Source: Octopus vulgaris
Taxonomy: Eukaryota
NCBI GenBank assembly: GCA_951406725.2
Contig: OX597827.1
Span: 71,176,001 to 71,240,000 of the forward strand
DNA length: 64,000 bases
Reading direction: 5' to 3'
A program made the position numbers and the translations under genes. The first letter of the stretch is position 1, and every line of letters starts with the position of its first letter. Of this stretch, positions 61,058-64,000 are shown in pieces. The notes below the pieces were generated by a model, which was not told where the DNA came from, did not search any database, and saw only the letters and a program-made list of their open reading frames with translations.

Positions 61058-61422
61058 TGTTGTTCTTTCTTTATTCAAAAAAAAAAAAAAAAAAAAAGAA
61101 ACCAAGATTTTTTTAATATATTCACATGTGTCTCCTCCAAATAACGGTCTCAATTTTTGCTTTCTCTGTCAGGACTGACAAGAACTGGAGGTAGATTTCC
61201 TTGCAATTATTAATTTCACTGGTTCTTCACATCCACATACCTGAAAAGTAACAATAAAAAATTTTATATAGCATTATATATTATATGCATATGTATATGT
61301 GTGTATGTGTATTCATTTATGTTTATATAATAGTAAAATAATTTTGAAAAATAGAAATATGCATTAGTTTGTATATGTTCACTTGCATGTGTTATATGGT
61401 GTGCATGTATGTCTGTTATGTG

Positions 61423-61745
61423 AAGGTGCATGGCTTAGTGGTTAGGGCATTCGGCTCACAATTGTAAGGTCGTAAGTTCAATTCCTGGCTACGCATTGTG
61501 TCCTTGAGCAAGACACTTTATTTCACGTTGCTCCAGTCCACTCAGCTGGCAAAAATGAGTAGTACCTGTTTTTCAAATGGCCAGCCTTGTCACACTCTGT
61601 GTCACGCTGAATCTCCCCGAGAACTACGTTAAGGGTACACATGTCTGTGGAGTGCTCAGCCACTTGGATGTTAATTTCACGAGCAGGCTGTTCCGTTGGT
61701 CAGATCAGCTGGGACCCTCGTCATCATAACTGACGGAGTACTCCT
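61423..61745 (+). mobile_element. tRNA-derived SINE, family D (gtgtccttgagcaagacactt domain); relatives about 289-475(-), 9090-9300, 19687-19980(-), 32322-32495, 41810-42327(-), 49190-49505, 49793-50110
   Basis: tggcttagtggttag A box, gttcaattcc B box, gtctgtta flanking duplication. Confidence 0.8.
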
Positions 61746-64000
61746 AGGTCTGTTACAAATAGATATGTTTCTGTGTTTTTGTATGTGTTACTCGTATATT
61801 CATATACATAAAATGTTTACCTAAAAGATAATGATGAAAAAAAAATGAATATATGATTAAATATATGTGTGTGTTTGTGTGCTTGTCCCTCCGACCCTGC
61901 TTAACAAACAGTGTTGGTTTGTTTACACCCAGGTAACACCCAGGCTTAAAAATAAGTAGTGGGGTTGATTTGACTAAAACCCTTCAAGACAGTGCCCCCA
62001 ACATGACCACAAGTCAACGACTGAAACAAGTAAAAGATAAAAAATATAAGCATATACATGTGGCACTGAATAAATATGAACATGTAGCTATGTTTGTGTT
62101 AGTACCATCACCACATGACCCCTGTTTTGCCATGCTCCTGTTGGTTTAGAAATGGTATGTTTAGTATCAGACCACTTGTCAGGGTCCATCATACAGACAT
62201 GCACAGCAACAGAGAAAAAATATTAATCTTTTTCCGAAACATCTGAGAGATCTTTCATGGAATAGGAGTAGAGGTTTGCAAGAAACAACTTGGCTGCCGG
62301 CTGTCCAAGGTCTCAAATGAACCTACATCACAGCAAGAAATTCAAGAGGGCAACAATATCGAAATCCATCCTTCACCAAAAGTCAATCACAAAACAATCA
62401 TCATCATCATCGTTTAACATCCGCTTTCCATGCTAGCATGGGTTGGACGATTTGACTGAGGACTAACGAACCAGATGGCTGCACCAGACTCCAATCTGAT
62501 CTGGCAGAGTTTCTACAGCTGGATGCCCTTCCTAACGCCAACCACTCCGAGAGTGTAGTGGGTGCTTTTACGTGCCACCGGCACGAGGGCCAGTCAGGCG
62601 GTACTGGCAACGGCCACGCTCAAATGGTGTTTTTTATGTGCCACCTGCACAGGAGCCAGTCCAGTGGCACTGGCAACGATCTCGCTCAAATGTTTTTTTC
62701 ACATGCCACCAGCACAAGTGCCGTGAAAGGCGATGCTGGTAACGATTATCCTCGAATGGTGACTTTTACATGCCACCGGTACGGTGCCCCAGCATGGTCA
62801 CAGCCTTTGGACTAAGCCATGGGTATTACAGCTGGATTCCCTACCAATTGCCAACCACTTTGTAGCATGAGCAAGGTATGTTTTATCCTGCCACTTGCAA
62901 TAAAAAGATTGTCAGCAGAAAAACTAACAAACACCCTTAATTACCGTTTCCTCTAATTGGATGTTTTGTGCATAAATTTCTTCTAATTGATCGATTTGTG
63001 CATAAATTTGAATTGTAATTTATTTTCCTCCCTTTGCTAATTATGCACATCCATGAAAATAACCATCATTCAAACTTCTTCAATTAAAATCTTCCAATTT
63101 CATGCTGAAAACCAAATGTCTATTAGTTGTAAAAACATGCACGCAAGCACACAGCTCCGACGGAATGCTGCCCTCTCCCCTGCATCCTTTTCATGCAGGG
63201 AATTTCTTGTCTCCAAGATAAGCTGCCTTCACTGGAAATTGCAGAGTCCAGATTCTCCTCAGGGTCTCCTTCTTTCTCTTTTTAAGAATTTCCGTCTCAA
63301 TAGACACAATTATGCCAAACTTGAAAATGAATAATTCAAGTTTTTATTATATTATGGTAAAAAAAAATCTTAACCATTTATACCTTTTTTCATGTGTTTC
63401 AGTCATTGGACTGTGGCCATGCTGGAGCACCACTTGAAGGGCTTAGCCAAACAAATTAATCCCTGTACTTATGTTTAAGTGTCTGACTTATTCTATTGGT
63501 CTCTTTTGACTGTAGTTGACTAGGAAAGGACTAATGAATGAACCTTGGTGGATATCCCTTTACATGAGAAGTAAGGGGTCGTGTTGTATATTTTAGTGAT
63601 GTTAGCAAGATTTGTAGGATATGTGCTTCTTTGAGGTCAAGCTTCATTTCATGCACTGCACTGCACTCAGTAATAGACAGGAAGCTAACCCTGCGAGGGA
63701 CTAGCATCCCATCCAGGGGTGTCATAATCTCAGTCATTTATATGCCATGGAAATCAGGTAAAGCTCTGGCCTTATGGACTTTAGGGTTCATGGGGAACAA
63801 AACTGAAAATGATGTTATGATGGCTGTGGTGGTGTTGTAGTCGGGTAGCAGGGGCCGTAGTTGAGTGGTGGTGCTTGAGGTGAGATTGCAGCAATGAAAT
63901 AGAACATGTGGGGATGTGTTTATATGGTATCTCTTGTAGAGTTGTGGTTTGAGGTGAGGTATGGCACAAAAAAAAAAAAAAATCCACATCGGAAGAGTTC

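Noticed and set aside
61058-61153. N-terminal extension MRPLFGG..FFFFFF of the 798-aa ORF
   Set aside because: It starts at TTG and crosses a poly-T tract. The first ATG is 61057.

Overview
Eukaryotic, AT-rich, repeat-dense genomic DNA. The SINE/LINE repertoire and the single-exon C2H2 zinc-finger genes suggest an octopus (coleoid cephalopod) genome; this is an inference, not a database result. Real coding content is small. It comprises the last 11 exons of an RRP12-like ribosome-biogenesis gene (+, 1011-15056, reconstructed by hand with GT-AG sites and continuous phase) and two multi-C2H2 zinc-finger genes on the - strand (23553-25310, 12 fingers; 58757-61057, 20 intact plus 2 degenerate fingers). 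The rest is tRNA-derived SINEs, RTE-clade LINE fragments, hAT/piggyBac/mariner/Helitron non-autonomous elements, Penelope-like element (PLE) inserts and microsatellites. Almost all supplied ORFs are spurious. The most notable signal is a head-to-head palindromic element (16679-17139; second copy 13910-14127). It fuses a tRNA-like Pol III head to a PLE-type minimal hammerhead ribozyme and is flanked by a 13-bp TSD, making it a candidate PLE-mobilised, ribozyme-bearing SINE. In the same window are a genuine GIY-YIG PLE remnant with its own hammerheads and two related PLE-type inverted-repeat inserts.
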